Shown here: in pieces, positions 1 to 9,160 of the stretch
Layout of the letters: every line of letters starts with the position of its first letter
How positions within the stretch are numbered: the stretch's first letter is position 1
From: a plasmid
Sequence record: NZ_CP017041.1
Reading direction: 5' to 3' (one strand)
DNA length: 64,000 nt
Translations under genes and position numbers: made by a program
The notes under the pieces: generated by a model
Told to the model about the DNA's origin: nothing
The model's input: the letters and a program-made list of their open reading frames with translations, nothing else
The model's database searches: none

Positions 1-44
1 CGGCTAACAGGGTGCGCACCAGGTCCTGAGCCCGATTGTCACGC

Positions 45-1751
45 TCAGTCACTGGTCGCCTCCTCGGGGAGTCCTACTTGCTCGGCCTGCTCTGATAGAG
101 CAGCCCGCTCCGATCCGGTCTGAGGCGCTTCCAAAGGGCCCGGCAAGACACCTTTGACACGCAGCCGCCCGTCCTTGCCGTCATCGCCGCCCCCCTGGGC
201 CACAGGGAGCGCCCAGGGGGGCACGTTGCTGGTGTAGATAGCGTCGCCGTGGATAGCCAGCAGGGTGCGGGAGTTCATGCGTAGTGCTCCTCCCTTGGTT
301 GTGGCGTTTTTTCCGGTGGTGGGGTCGGCGATGGGTGTGTTGAGGGTGCGTACGCGGGACAGGGCCCAGATGCGGGCGGCGATTTCGGGGTGCCAGGTGT
401 CGGGGTCGGGGCGGCGGCGGGCGGTTTGGTATTGGTAGGCGATGGTGTCACCGGTTTTGTTGCGGATGACGTCGAAGCCTTCGATGTCGGAGGGGATGTC
501 GTCGGCGTCGTAGACGACGGTGGTGGTGACGGGGTTGGAGGCCGACATTTGGCCGATGGTCACGCGCAGCATGTTTTTCAACGCGGAGGTGAGGATTGTC
601 GTGGCGGTGGGGTTTTTGTCTGCCCAGCGTTTCTCGGCGATGTCGATCATGTCTTGGATGGTTTTGACCCATCCTCGGATGGGATCGACTTTGGTCAGTT
701 TGATCCCTTCGAGGAACTCGATGGGCTGGGTGATGGGCCCATTTGGTCCGGCTTCGGTGTCCCAGCCTTCGTCGATGGCTAGTTTCAGTTCGGCGGTATC
801 GACCCATGTTTCGTGGGTGGTGCCGGGCACGTTGGGCCAAAACCATCCTGCTCGTCCTTTGGTGCGTTTGACCGGTAGTAGGCCGATGTCGTCCCACCAG
901 GATGGCACGGTGAAGCGGATGTGGTAGCGGGCCGGGTGCCAGGGGTTGTTGGTGAACAGGTCGCGGGCTTCGGTGGCGCTGAGCAGAGTGGCGGGTGCGG
1001 CACCGATCTCTCCGGTCACTGATCCGGCATACATGAATCGGCCGTCGATGTACACGAAGTTAGGGATAGGGCCGGCAGGCACGGTGGGGCGCCAGCCCTT
1101 TTCGCGGTCCTCGGGGTTGCCGTCGTCGACGCATAGTTCGTAGCGGTGCTGAGGGGAGGTGTGTTGGATGAGTGCGCCCAGTTCGGGGTCCATCGGCTCC
1201 ATGCGATAGGACTCGGGGGTCCGTAGCTTCCAGAGGTTGATTCCTTCTGCTCCGGGGCGGTCCATGAGGGCCCAGTCGCGGTCGATTCTGGTGGCGATGA
1301 TGTGGGTTAATTCGCGCCATGCCCAGCGGGCCTGGATTGGGGTGAGGGTCTGGCCAGGGAACCATTCATCAGCGACCAGAATGTCGAGGTTGCGGTCGGT
1401 TTCTTTGTGGGTGAACCGGCCTCGGGCGGGCCGCCCGGACAGCATGAACAGGCCCCGCACGTGCCAGTCCTGGTTGAACTCGCGGGTGTGAGCGGGGGTG
1501 TCAGGCAGCAGCCAGGATTGAGGCTGGTCGGGGATGTTACCGCAGACGATCAGGCGTCGGGCGTTGTGGTGTAGCGCGGTTGTTAGCAGGTCTGACAGGG
1601 TTGCGTGCTTGGTGCGTCGTCCCCCCAGCACTGGCAGGATCTCGTTTCCGGCCGCGTCGACTCCCCGGGCGGTGTCGATGTCTAGCCACACTGTTTCGGG
1701 GTCGGGGGGCCGATGTGGGGCGGGACGGCGCTGCTCCTGGTCGTCTCTCAT
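45..1751 (-). CDS. Large plasmid/ICE replication-initiator-like protein (568 aa), function uncertain
   Basis: Long ORF with good coding character. Stop/start overlap (ATGA) with an upstream HTH gene, the layout typical of xis/HTH-rep pairs in actinomycete elements. No unambiguous HUH or Walker motif recognised by eye. Confidence 0.3.
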   Translation of the reverse strand: MRDDQEQRRPAPHRPPDPETVWLDIDTARGVDAAGNEILPVLGGRRTKHATLSDLLTTALHHNARRLIVCGNIPDQPQSWLLPDTPAHTREFNQDWHVRGLFMLSGRPARGRFTHKETDRNLDILVADEWFPGQTLTPIQARWAWRELTHIIATRIDRDWALMDRPGAEGINLWKLRTPESYRMEPMDPELGALIQHTSPQHRYELCVDDGNPEDREKGWRPTVPAGPIPNFVYIDGRFMYAGSVTGEIGAAPATLLSATEARDLFTNNPWHPARYHIRFTVPSWWDDIGLLPVKRTKGRAGWFWPNVPGTTHETWVDTAELKLAIDEGWDTEAGPNGPITQPIEFLEGIKLTKVDPIRGWVKTIQDMIDIAEKRWADKNPTATTILTSALKNMLRVTIGQMSASNPVTTTVVYDADDIPSDIEGFDVIRNKTGDTIAYQYQTARRRPDPDTWHPEIAARIWALSRVRTLNTPIADPTTGKNATTKGGALRMNSRTLLAIHGDAIYTSNVPPWALPVAQGGGDDGKDGRLRVKGVLPGPLEAPQTGSERAALSEQAEQVGLPEEATSD

Positions 1752-2269
1752 GGTTTCCTCCTTTGGGCCAGGGAGCGGCCGGCGTCGAGGGCGTTCATGC
1801 GCTCGCGTTGTTCTTCGCGTAGTTGGTAGACCCGGCCTCGTGACACTCCTGCTGCCTCGGCGATGGTGGTGGCCGGCAGGTGGCCGATGGCGGCAGCGTC
1901 GGCAAGGACGTCACGCCAGGCCAGGTCAATGGTTCCCAGCTGGGCTAGAGCTTCGTCGCGGCGGCGGGTGGCATCAGCCACTACGGAGGCCCACCCTGTG
2001 GGGTGGATGGTCTTGACGACGATTCGGTTGTGGCGGATGGGGCCCCATGCATCAGCGGGGACTTGCCAGCCGTGATTGGCGGCGGACTCGGTGATCTTGA
2101 GGCGTCGCTCAGGTGCGCGGGTGCGGGCAGTGACGTCGGTGTTCCAGGTCTGGACTGGTACCCACGTCCCTTCTCGGATGCGTTCGATGACGCACGTGGT
2201 GACCTCGTCGGTGACTGTGATGACCAGACGATAATCTTTCCCGTCTGGGGTGGTTCGGTAGCTGGGCAT
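1748..2269 (-). CDS. HTH DNA-binding protein (excisionase/MerR-like HTH at C-terminus)
   Basis: C-terminal motif TTIAEAAGVSRGRVYQLREEQ resembles excisionase-family HTH. Translationally coupled to the downstream Rep-like gene. Confidence 0.45.
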   Translation of the reverse strand: MPSYRTTPDGKDYRLVITVTDEVTTCVIERIREGTWVPVQTWNTDVTARTRAPERRLKITESAANHGWQVPADAWGPIRHNRIVVKTIHPTGWASVVADATRRRDEALAQLGTIDLAWRDVLADAAAIGHLPATTIAEAAGVSRGRVYQLREEQRERMNALDAGRSLAQRRKP

Positions 2270-2338
2270 GTCACCCTCCCCTATCTGTCAAATGAGCTAG
2301 ACACAGTGTCTATTTAATTTGACGCAAAGTCAAGTGTG

Positions 2339-2938
2339 CTAGACGCCTTTGTGTGGATCCGCCCGCCCAGACAGGCACTCACGTCTCATGACCCGCCGCG
2401 ACGTCTTAACGAAACCAAACCGCTTATAGAACCGCTCCGCAGCGGGCCCGGAGGGCTTCAGTTCGAGGGTGAGACCGTGCTCGTCGGCCCATTGGCAGAC
2501 TTGTGTGAGGATCTGTGAGCCGTGGCCTTGAGTGCGGGGGACGGCGTGGACGCACATGAGCATGGGGCCGTGGCGGCGCGCTGGCGGGGCCACGTAGGCT
2601 CCGCCATGCCAGTCCGGTGTGGTCTGCCAGCTTCGCCATGTCGCGGTACGCCAGTGGTGGGCTTCGAGGGCCACCATGATCACCGCGACGACGACGAGCG
2701 TTGCGGCCCCGATCATGGCCAGCTCACCCTGGCCAGGCCAGTTCCCGCAGATGATCCAGTCTCTTAACGCCCAGATGATCGCGGCTTCCACGCCTGCTGC
2801 GATCGGGATGAGCAAGGCAGAACGACGGTGTCCTGCCATGATCTCGGTGATCTCGCTGCGATGCCACGACAAGGAGAATTCCCACGACTCTTGAATCATG
2901 CTGATGTGTGAACGGCTTCTTCGGCTTCGCCCTGCCAT
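2339..2938 (-). CDS. GNAT-family acetyltransferase-like protein
   Basis: C-terminal region HAVPRTQGHGSQIL...AERFYKRFGFV resembles the GNAT motif A (R/Q-x-x-G-x-G) and the C-terminal fold. N-terminus hydrophobic; true start uncertain. Confidence 0.35.
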   Translation of the reverse strand: MAGRSRRSRSHISMIQESWEFSLSWHRSEITEIMAGHRRSALLIPIAAGVEAAIIWALRDWIICGNWPGQGELAMIGAATLVVVAVIMVALEAHHWRTATWRSWQTTPDWHGGAYVAPPARRHGPMLMCVHAVPRTQGHGSQILTQVCQWADEHGLTLELKPSGPAAERFYKRFGFVKTSRRVMRRECLSGRADPHKGV

Positions 2939-3273
2939 AGTTTCTCCAAACGACGCTCAGCCAGCTCGTCGGGACACGGCGACAGCCTGCCGCACTCGGA
3001 GCAGACCCCGAAGTGGCGCGAGAGAGTGATGACCGGCTCGTCGGGAGCATGAACCGACTCGATGCCCGGGTGCTGCTCATCGGTGAGTCCCGAAGCGTGG
3101 CTGATCTCGATCAGACGGAGGTGGACCATGCCGTCGTAGCTGTCGGCTCTCTCGACATGGAACGGGTAGGAGCCGTCCGCGGTGTGGCCTGCAACCAGGT
3201 CCCCGATCTTCAACTGGCTGGCGGTCATGGTTCGCACCGGCGGCAGCGGGGTCCGGGTCGCGTTGATCCTCAT
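2896..3273 (-). CDS. Hypothetical protein (start chosen at MRINATR)
   Basis: ORF 2896..3369 trimmed to an internal Met. Contains a CxxC pair (CSECGRLSPC). No family recognised. Confidence 0.25.
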   Translation of the reverse strand: MRINATRTPLPPVRTMTASQLKIGDLVAGHTADGSYPFHVERADSYDGMVHLRLIEISHASGLTDEQHPGIESVHAPDEPVITLSRHFGVCSECGRLSPCPDELAERRLEKLWQGEAEEAVHTSA

Positions 3274-3814
3274 GGTCTCTCCTTGCTTCTGCGCCTTCAT
3301 AGATGAAGGTGCCACAGCCGGGGTTGATGTGCGGAACCACAGCCACTTTTTCAATAAATCCATCACCAATCCATCACCACGGTCTCACCCCTTCCCAAAT
3401 GTGTAAACCATGATTTACACATTTGGGGCATGATCGAACCCACAACCATCTCCACCACGCCCCGCGTGGCCATCATCTCCCCCAGCGGGCCAGCACGGTT
3501 CTGGGGCGAGCCTCCCAGCATCGCACTGCGCCGACACGGCCGGTCCCCCATGAGGTCCCTTCCTTCCGGGGCCCTGCTGCTGGTGTGGGACGTCACCGTT
3601 TTGACCGGGCCCACTCTCGGCCACCGCGTGCGTCCTCTCAGTAAGGACGCCGAGCTGACTGCCCGGCGCTGGCTCGACCAGGTCGCCGACAACCCCGGCT
3701 TCCTCGACACCCTTATCGAGGCCGCCCGCATCACCAATGGATGGCATCACGCGACGCCTCCGCACATTCAGGCCCCTTACCGGACCCTTCATCAGTGAAC
3801 GGAGGTACAACGAC

Positions 3815-4396
3815 ATGACCAGCGACATTGACATTGACCGGACCCACAAACCCGACGACCGCGCCGAGGCTCCTCTTTACCGGTCCTGGGCCAGGAGACT
3901 CGTGCACGTCTCCGGGATGCCCTGGCGTATCGTCGCCGCCCTGGCCGGGGTCTCCCCCACCTCCATGCACCGGCTTCTATTCGGCCGCAACGGTCGACCC
4001 GTGGAATGGATCGGCATCAATGATGCTCGCGCCCTGATGGATATCGGCATCGATGATCTCGCCTCAGCGTCCACCGACCGTATCCCGGCCCGCGAATCCC
4101 GCGAGCTGTTGGTAGCCCTGCACACCCTCGGCTGGACCGATGAGCATCTAAGCCGCTGGCTGACCAGTTCCGACCTCGACCTGGCCACCACCCCCAAGGC
4201 CCTCTACGTCACCCGGCTATCCGCCGCCCGCATCCAGGCCACCTACGACATGCTCATCAGCCAACCCGTCCGCCGCTGCGGCCACCCCCGCACCCCGCCT
4301 ATCTCGTCCCAGACTCCGGTTACCTCGCCCCAGCCCGGGCCCGAGGATGCCGAAACGTTCCAGCCCGCCCTGTTCGAGCTAGCCGACTGCGCATGA
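3815..4396 (+). CDS. Hypothetical protein
   Basis: ATG at 3815 preceded by GGAGG (3801-3805). No recognisable domain. Confidence 0.35.
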   Translation: MTSDIDIDRTHKPDDRAEAPLYRSWARRLVHVSGMPWRIVAALAGVSPTSMHRLLFGRNGRPVEWIGINDARALMDIGIDDLASASTDRIPARESRELLVALHTLGWTDEHLSRWLTSSDLDLATTPKALYVTRLSAARIQATYDMLISQPVRRCGHPRTPPISSQTPVTSPQPGPEDAETFQPALFELADCA

Positions 4397-4956
4397 GACC
4401 CCACACAAACATGGTTGAATCGAAGGGCTCAGCCAGCAGCCAGTTACCAGGAGTCCCCGTGCGTCTATACCGCGCTGTTCTTACCCACACCGACATCCAG
4501 ATCACCGTCCGCATCTGGAGCACCACCGACCACGACTGGACCTGGACTCCCCTCGACACCTGGACCCCCGACCCGACCCCGACCACACCAGCCCAACTGG
4601 CCGACGAACTCCACCGACACGGATGGACCACCCCCGAGGACCCCACCACCCTCACCAAGGTGACTGTGATCCCCGAGAACTGGCAGGCCCTCGTCGACCA
4701 CGCCCTCGCTGCCCGAAACCACCAAGCCAACCAGCTGCGCGTCGCCGAGAACATCCTCACCGACATCCTCGGCGACGCCGCCGACGCCGGCCTTTCCGTG
4801 ACCTTCCTCGCCCAGGCCGCCGGACTGTCCCGAGCTGCCTTCTACAAACGCAGCGCTAAGACCATCAACTCTATGAGGCACACCGACCAGCCGCGCGAAG
4901 ACCCCTCCCAGCTCACCCGAGCCGAGAAAACAGCACTCAGCCTGGGCGACGAGTGA
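4393..4956 (+). CDS. Hypothetical protein
   Basis: ORF overlapping the previous stop (ATGA); plausible operon partner. No domain recognised. Confidence 0.3.
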   Translation: MRPHTNMVESKGSASSQLPGVPVRLYRAVLTHTDIQITVRIWSTTDHDWTWTPLDTWTPDPTPTTPAQLADELHRHGWTTPEDPTTLTKVTVIPENWQALVDHALAARNHQANQLRVAENILTDILGDAADAGLSVTFLAQAAGLSRAAFYKRSAKTINSMRHTDQPREDPSQLTRAEKTALSLGDE

Positions 4957-5063
4957 TCCTCACACCTCCTGCGACAGCCCGGCCGTGGAGCCTTCCCACA
5001 CGTGTCTAGCCAGCACTGACCGGGAAAACCTATTCGCGGCACCACACCGGGCCCACTCACCAG

Positions 5064-5369
5064 TCACCTACACCCCCGACTGCCCCTCGCGAAGACCCAA
5101 CCAGCGAACCAAGCCCCCAATGCGCCCACCACGATCAGCACACCCACGGCGACCACCAGGTGGGAAGCACTAACCGACCCCAACAACCCAAGATCAAACA
5201 GGCCCTGCCCGGGAACGCCGAGCAGCCCGTGATCGCGAAGCCATGCTCCGAGATGACCGATGATTTTAGGGGCCATCTTCTTCAGCAGGGCTATCCCTCC
5301 GATACCAACAACGATGAAGGCGAGGATTTCTTCGCATCCGTTGTTTCCTTCTCCGGTGGGGCCGTTCAT
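5064..5369 (-). CDS. Small membrane protein (about 101 aa, 3 predicted TM)
   Basis: Internal Met MNGPTGEG... followed by hydrophobic stretches ILAFIVVGIGGIALL and LVVAVGVLIVVGALGAWFAGWVF. Coupled to the upstream ORF. Confidence 0.3.
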   Translation of the reverse strand: MNGPTGEGNNGCEEILAFIVVGIGGIALLKKMAPKIIGHLGAWLRDHGLLGVPGQGLFDLGLLGSVSASHLVVAVGVLIVVGALGAWFAGWVFARGSRGCR

Positions 5370-5713
5370 GCTGCCTTCTCGGGGTGGACGGCCAGCCAGC
5401 CGATGAGGTTGTCGGCGACCTGTCCTGAGGTTTCGATCAGTTCGACCTGTCCAGCCTGCCATGCGCGCGATGCGCCGGCCAGCAGTGATGCCGGGGCCCC
5501 TGCTGCGCGGCTGAGAGAAGCGACTTCAGTCAAGGCGGTGCGTAGCTCCTCGATGGCGCTTTCGATGTACCAGCCGCTGTCGGTACTGGTCTCGGCGGCG
5601 TCGGTGGCGGTGATAAGGGCGTCGGTGAGGTTGTTGACGGCATGGTCGAGATCAGCGATGCTCGGTAAAGCTACGGGAGTCACGGTGTGTTTTCCTTCCA
5701 GGGATGCCTTCAC
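5366..5713 (-). CDS. Hypothetical protein (115 aa)
   Basis: Clean ORF, acidic and Ala/Thr-rich. Its stop overlaps the start of the downstream small membrane ORF (ATGA at 5366-5369). Confidence 0.3.
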   Translation of the reverse strand: MKASLEGKHTVTPVALPSIADLDHAVNNLTDALITATDAAETSTDSGWYIESAIEELRTALTEVASLSRAAGAPASLLAGASRAWQAGQVELIETSGQVADNLIGWLAVHPEKAA

Positions 5714-5817
5714 TGGTAAAGGTTCCCTGGGTCCGGCCGATGTGCGGTGATTTAAGAAAGATGCTCCGCATCAAGTCGTTTGAGTCAGGAAAATTCGGCT
5801 AGAACGGCACCAAGGTT

Positions 5818-5937
5818 CGCTCCCACTCGTCCAAACCTGTGGCGGGGCTGCCCCTGTCTGAACGCACATGCGTGTGCACTGTCTGCGGGATGATCCTGGA
5901 CCGCGGCATCAACGCCGCGGTCAGCCCCGCTCGCTAG
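5818..5937 (+). pseudogene. tnpB: Relic 3' end of a tnpB (IS605/IS607-family) gene
   Basis: Translation HSSKPVAGLPLSERTCVCTVCGMILDRGINAAVSPAR* matches the TnpB C-terminal zinc-finger/RuvC-III signature (SSKTCS..LSER.Y.C..CG...DRD.NAA.N) seen in the intact tnpB at 12312..13757. No upstream coding continuation. Confidence 0.5.
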
Positions 5938-6153
5938 CCACGATGGGCACAGGAGAGCGGCCCGGGGCAGGAGGTCCGTCTACCCTCCGAGGCAGCGGCT
6001 GCTGGCAATGAAGCGTCATTTCCCCTCGGGGAACCGGGCATTGGCAACGGCACTTTGAGACTGAGATGCCACTATCTGACATCCAGACATAACCGTTAGT
6101 GGTCGTTTACGGTCGCTTGTATAACAAGTTATTATTGTAGTACAATATTTGGC

Positions 6154-6423
6154 ATGGCCATCATTTTTACTGAGAGCGCCGCTCGACATGGGTTCACCCG
6201 TGACGACGCAATTCACGCTATGGAGACTCCCGAGGTGTTCACGCCCCACTTTGATCATTCCCGTACTGGGAGTCCTGATGTGGCGGCATGGATTGGCCCG
6301 GCGAGAGGAGGGCTCACCATTGAGGTGTTCGCCACGGTGATCCGACCTCACACAGTCGTGGTCTTTCACTGCATGGAAGTGCGACCTTCAACCCGCGAGA
6401 AACTGAACGGAGAACAATCATGA
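6154..6423 (+). CDS. brnT: BrnT-like ribonuclease toxin (type II TA)
   Basis: About 89 aa with the spacing typical of BrnT/COG2929 toxins (HGFTRDDAIHAME ... VVVFHCMEVRPSTREK). Stop overlaps the start of a BrnA-like RHH gene (ATGA at 6420). Confidence 0.55.
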   Translation: MAIIFTESAARHGFTRDDAIHAMETPEVFTPHFDHSRTGSPDVAAWIGPARGGLTIEVFATVIRPHTVVVFHCMEVRPSTREKLNGEQS

Positions 6424-6746
6424 GCAACAGCCACGAGATCCGTTACGGGATCGACTTCACCGAACTGGCCGACTGGGCCGAGACCGATAACGCCACCCAT
6501 GACCCGCAAACCAGCCCTGTGTTTTGGGGTAAGGATGCCCGGCACGCCAGCCAAGCGCTGCTGAAGCGTGGACGCCCGACCCTTGGCGAGGACCATGCCA
6601 CTGGCAAGGGACACTCACCACGCCGTCAACTCCGTCTGGACGCTGAGACAAACACACGCCTCGATGCAATGGCGGCCGAGACCGGGCGCAGCCCCTCCGA
6701 CATCATGCGCACCGCCCTCATCGACTACCTCGATGCCGCAAGCTAA
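6420..6746 (+). CDS. brnA: BrnA-like antitoxin (ribbon-helix-helix)
   Basis: Motifs ELADWAETD, KRGRPTLGE and C-terminal RHH RLDAETNTRLDAMAAETGRSPSDIMRTALIDYL. Confidence 0.6.
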   Translation: MSNSHEIRYGIDFTELADWAETDNATHDPQTSPVFWGKDARHASQALLKRGRPTLGEDHATGKGHSPRRQLRLDAETNTRLDAMAAETGRSPSDIMRTALIDYLDAAS

Positions 6747-6806
6747 CATCACCTCACATGCACGCGCTACAAGGAAGTCATGCAGGCGACAGCATGAATC
6801 ACGATC

Positions 6807-7142
6807 TCACCCCAAGATAATGATCTTGGGATTCTGAGCCGGGTCAATCCATCGCAGCGTGCTAGTCAGCTCTGACAGTGAGTCCATACCCACACACCCA
6901 GCAGTGTAACGCGTCGCATAATGCAAAAAGATCGCTGCCCCCGACTCGGCACCATGACGCGCCAGCGAGCCATAGTTGAAATCCAGTACGGCTGCTTGCC
7001 GGTACTGACGGCCCACGTAGTCCGCCAAGTGCTCGTTATCCGACTTCGACAACGCGCGACAGTCCTGACGCCACCGGTTGTAATCAGGGGCAGTGGGATC
7101 ACCGATCCACCACGAGCACGAATTGATCCGCCGATACGGCAA
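6807..7142 (-). CDS. Hypothetical protein
   Basis: ORF with a reasonable codon pattern. An alternative overlapping frame (6866..7306) also exists. No family recognised. Confidence 0.2.
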   Translation of the reverse strand: MPYRRINSCSWWIGDPTAPDYNRWRQDCRALSKSDNEHLADYVGRQYRQAAVLDFNYGSLARHGAESGAAIFLHYATRYTAGCVGMDSLSELTSTLRWIDPAQNPKIIILG

Positions 7143-7364
7143 CTTCGTCCCCGGATCACCAGCACCGAAAGCAAAGACGACCCCGTAGACACCTGATGGG
7201 GCGCCATATCACCCTGAATACACTGAGACCCTGACGTGACACCGAGACTCTTATCCAACCGCGCGACAACCCGCACGGCAGAGCGGTCGACCTCACTACA
7301 CGCCACCCCTCGACGCGCCCGAAAACGGCCGTTTACGAGCAGCTGGTAAGTATTCAGAGGGGCA

Positions 7365-7787
7365 TCAGCGGGTGAGTTGGTAAACCCTTTGGCGGGTCAC
7401 CCCAAGCACGCGGGCGGTGTCGTTGGCGCTGTATTTCTTCTCGACCCTCAGCAGAGTGACGGCCTCACGCTTGCGTGCGGCCGCGTGATCAAGCACCTTC
7501 CGGGCTTGGCGCTCTTCCTCCTCACCTTCTTCCCACATGCGGCGGGCGTCGGCCTCACCATCCAAGCGAACGTGAACCTTAAACGCCTTCTCATCGGGTC
7601 CATCCTCATCCCAGGCGGTAATGATTCCGCGGGCCTCGTCTGCGACCTGACCCAACTTCACTGCTTGCCCAACCGCCCCGAGGGCCGGAATCTCGAATAC
7701 CCAGAAATTCGCCTCAGGTGAGACCTCACGATGGGCGATCACGTCATAGACCGTCCCAGCTTCTGCTGTCATGCTCATTACTTCCAC
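7365..7787 (-). CDS. hicB: HicB-family antitoxin with C-terminal HTH
   Basis: N-terminal HicB-like fold (ANFWVFEIPALGAVGQA) plus C-terminal HTH ARVLGVTRQRVYQLTR. Overlaps the hicA stop. Confidence 0.65.
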   Translation of the reverse strand: MEVMSMTAEAGTVYDVIAHREVSPEANFWVFEIPALGAVGQAVKLGQVADEARGIITAWDEDGPDEKAFKVHVRLDGEADARRMWEEGEEEERQARKVLDHAAARKREAVTLLRVEKKYSANDTARVLGVTRQRVYQLTR

Positions 7788-7987
7788 TCCTTCGGAATCG
7801 TCACGCCTGCTCGCTCCAGCTGCGCCAGGACACCAGCGGACATGAGCCGGTGACCTGTTGGTATCGATACGCGCCCGGCCCCGTTAGACCTCCCCCAGAT
7901 TTCATGACTTCCTTTCGCGTCACGCAGATAGTCCCATCCCTGGGAACGGAGCAGCTTGAGGACGTCCTTGGTTTTCTGCGGCTTCAT
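7778..7987 (-). CDS. hicA: HicA-family toxin (mRNA interferase)
   Basis: 69 aa. LKLLRSQGWDYLRDAKGSHEIWGR...IPTGHR matches the YcfA/HicA fold signature (GW..R.kGSH). Immediately upstream of the hicB-like gene. Confidence 0.65.
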   Translation of the reverse strand: MKPQKTKDVLKLLRSQGWDYLRDAKGSHEIWGRSNGAGRVSIPTGHRLMSAGVLAQLERAGVTIPKEWK

Positions 7988-8466
7988 ACATTATAGTATA
8001 GCCCCACTATACATATAAGACAACCCCCTATTTACAGTTTAGTTGGCTTCTGTGCGCCCTCCACTGATGCCGTGGTGGACGAAGTCGTACCGTCCCGTCT
8101 GCTCGATTAGCGATATTGTCACGTCCGTAAGTGGCTTCCAGCGCGTCGATGATGAGCTGACGGGCCGTGGTGCCTAGATGCTTGAGGACGTCGCCCACAA
8201 GGGCCAGCCTCCGCATGGACAGAACGAATCCTCAGCAACGCCGACCCACTGGGATTCCCCGTTGAGCCGGCCAACACGTCACCGCTGCAACATCTCAGCT
8301 CTAATCCCGACAAGATCATCATCATCGACACCCCGGCAGGCAACGGAGACATCACCACATACCCCGATCTGCCAAACCTCAACGACGACAAACACTGAGC
8401 TGAAAGGAACACGATCATGGCGTCGGGCTGGTCTTCGGCGTAGCACAAGCCCAGCGCTTTTGACGG

Positions 8467-9123
8467 TCAGTGAGCGATGGCCAGGCCGACGAGGGCGCCG
8501 CTGCACAGGCTGGGCGCCCAGGGAAGGAATCGGGTGGTGTGGTGTCGGCAGCGGTCGATGAGGGCGTAGAGGGCGATCAGAGTCAGCCCGGCGATGACCG
8601 TGGCGTGGATCGTGGTGATCCCGGTTGCGGCGGCCGGGGCCGCCCACAGCGGCGTGATGCGCACATCAGAGAAACCGAATCCGCCTCGGGAGATGACCCA
8701 GACGATCATCCACGCCGCGGAGATGACGACAGTAGCGATAGCAGCACGGATCGCCGCAGTCTGGTTCGCGAGAGCGATCATGGCCACAGCCCCGATCCAT
8801 CCAACCCAGCCGGTCCAGGCGAGGACTGCCGGTATCCATGTGGTGATGGCGTCGATGACGGCTACCCATGCCCCGATGGTGGCTAGCAGAGCCCAGGCCG
8901 GCCAGGTGGGTGCTGGGGCCCACGCTACGGCGGCGATCATGGTTGTCGCAGATGCAGCACAGACAGCGATCATGCTTCGGAGACTGTAGGTGTCGCGGTA
9001 GGCGATTTTGTCGGGGCTGGCGGTAGCTGGTTCTGGCAAGACGCGGGTGAGGGCAGGCCACCCTGCGGCCGCGATAGCCATCACGGCGACCACCCACACA
9101 ATCTGTTGCATGGGTCTCATCAT
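8467..9123 (-). CDS. Polytopic membrane protein, probable A24 prepilin peptidase (TadV/CpaA-like)
   Basis: Multi-TM 218-aa protein with candidate catalytic-Asp motifs VAVIDAITTWIP and GFGFSDVRITP (cf. ID..T..LP and GGGDVK of A24 peptidases). Confidence 0.45.
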   Translation of the reverse strand: MMRPMQQIVWVVAVMAIAAAGWPALTRVLPEPATASPDKIAYRDTYSLRSMIAVCAASATTMIAAVAWAPAPTWPAWALLATIGAWVAVIDAITTWIPAVLAWTGWVGWIGAVAMIALANQTAAIRAAIATVVISAAWMIVWVISRGGFGFSDVRITPLWAAPAAATGITTIHATVIAGLTLIALYALIDRCRHHTTRFLPWAPSLCSGALVGLAIAH

Positions 9124-9160
9124 GGCCCATCAACGCCGAAAATGGGTGGCCGACATGGGT

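Noticed and set aside
390-1491. Multiple overlapping ORFs (390..782, 448..897, 520..927, 785..1003, 946..1143, 1060..1365, 1237..1491) inside and antisense to the 568-aa gene
   Set aside because: Arg/Gly/Pro-rich low-complexity translations typical of spurious frames in high-GC DNA. The long minus-strand ORF explains the region.
8000-8460. Short ParA-like peptide strings (e.g. DKIIIIDTPAGNGDITTY) and ORFs 8028..8216, 8119..8448, 8178..8561
   Set aside because: Too fragmentary and interrupted by stops in all frames to call. Possibly a decayed ATPase gene, but not supportable.
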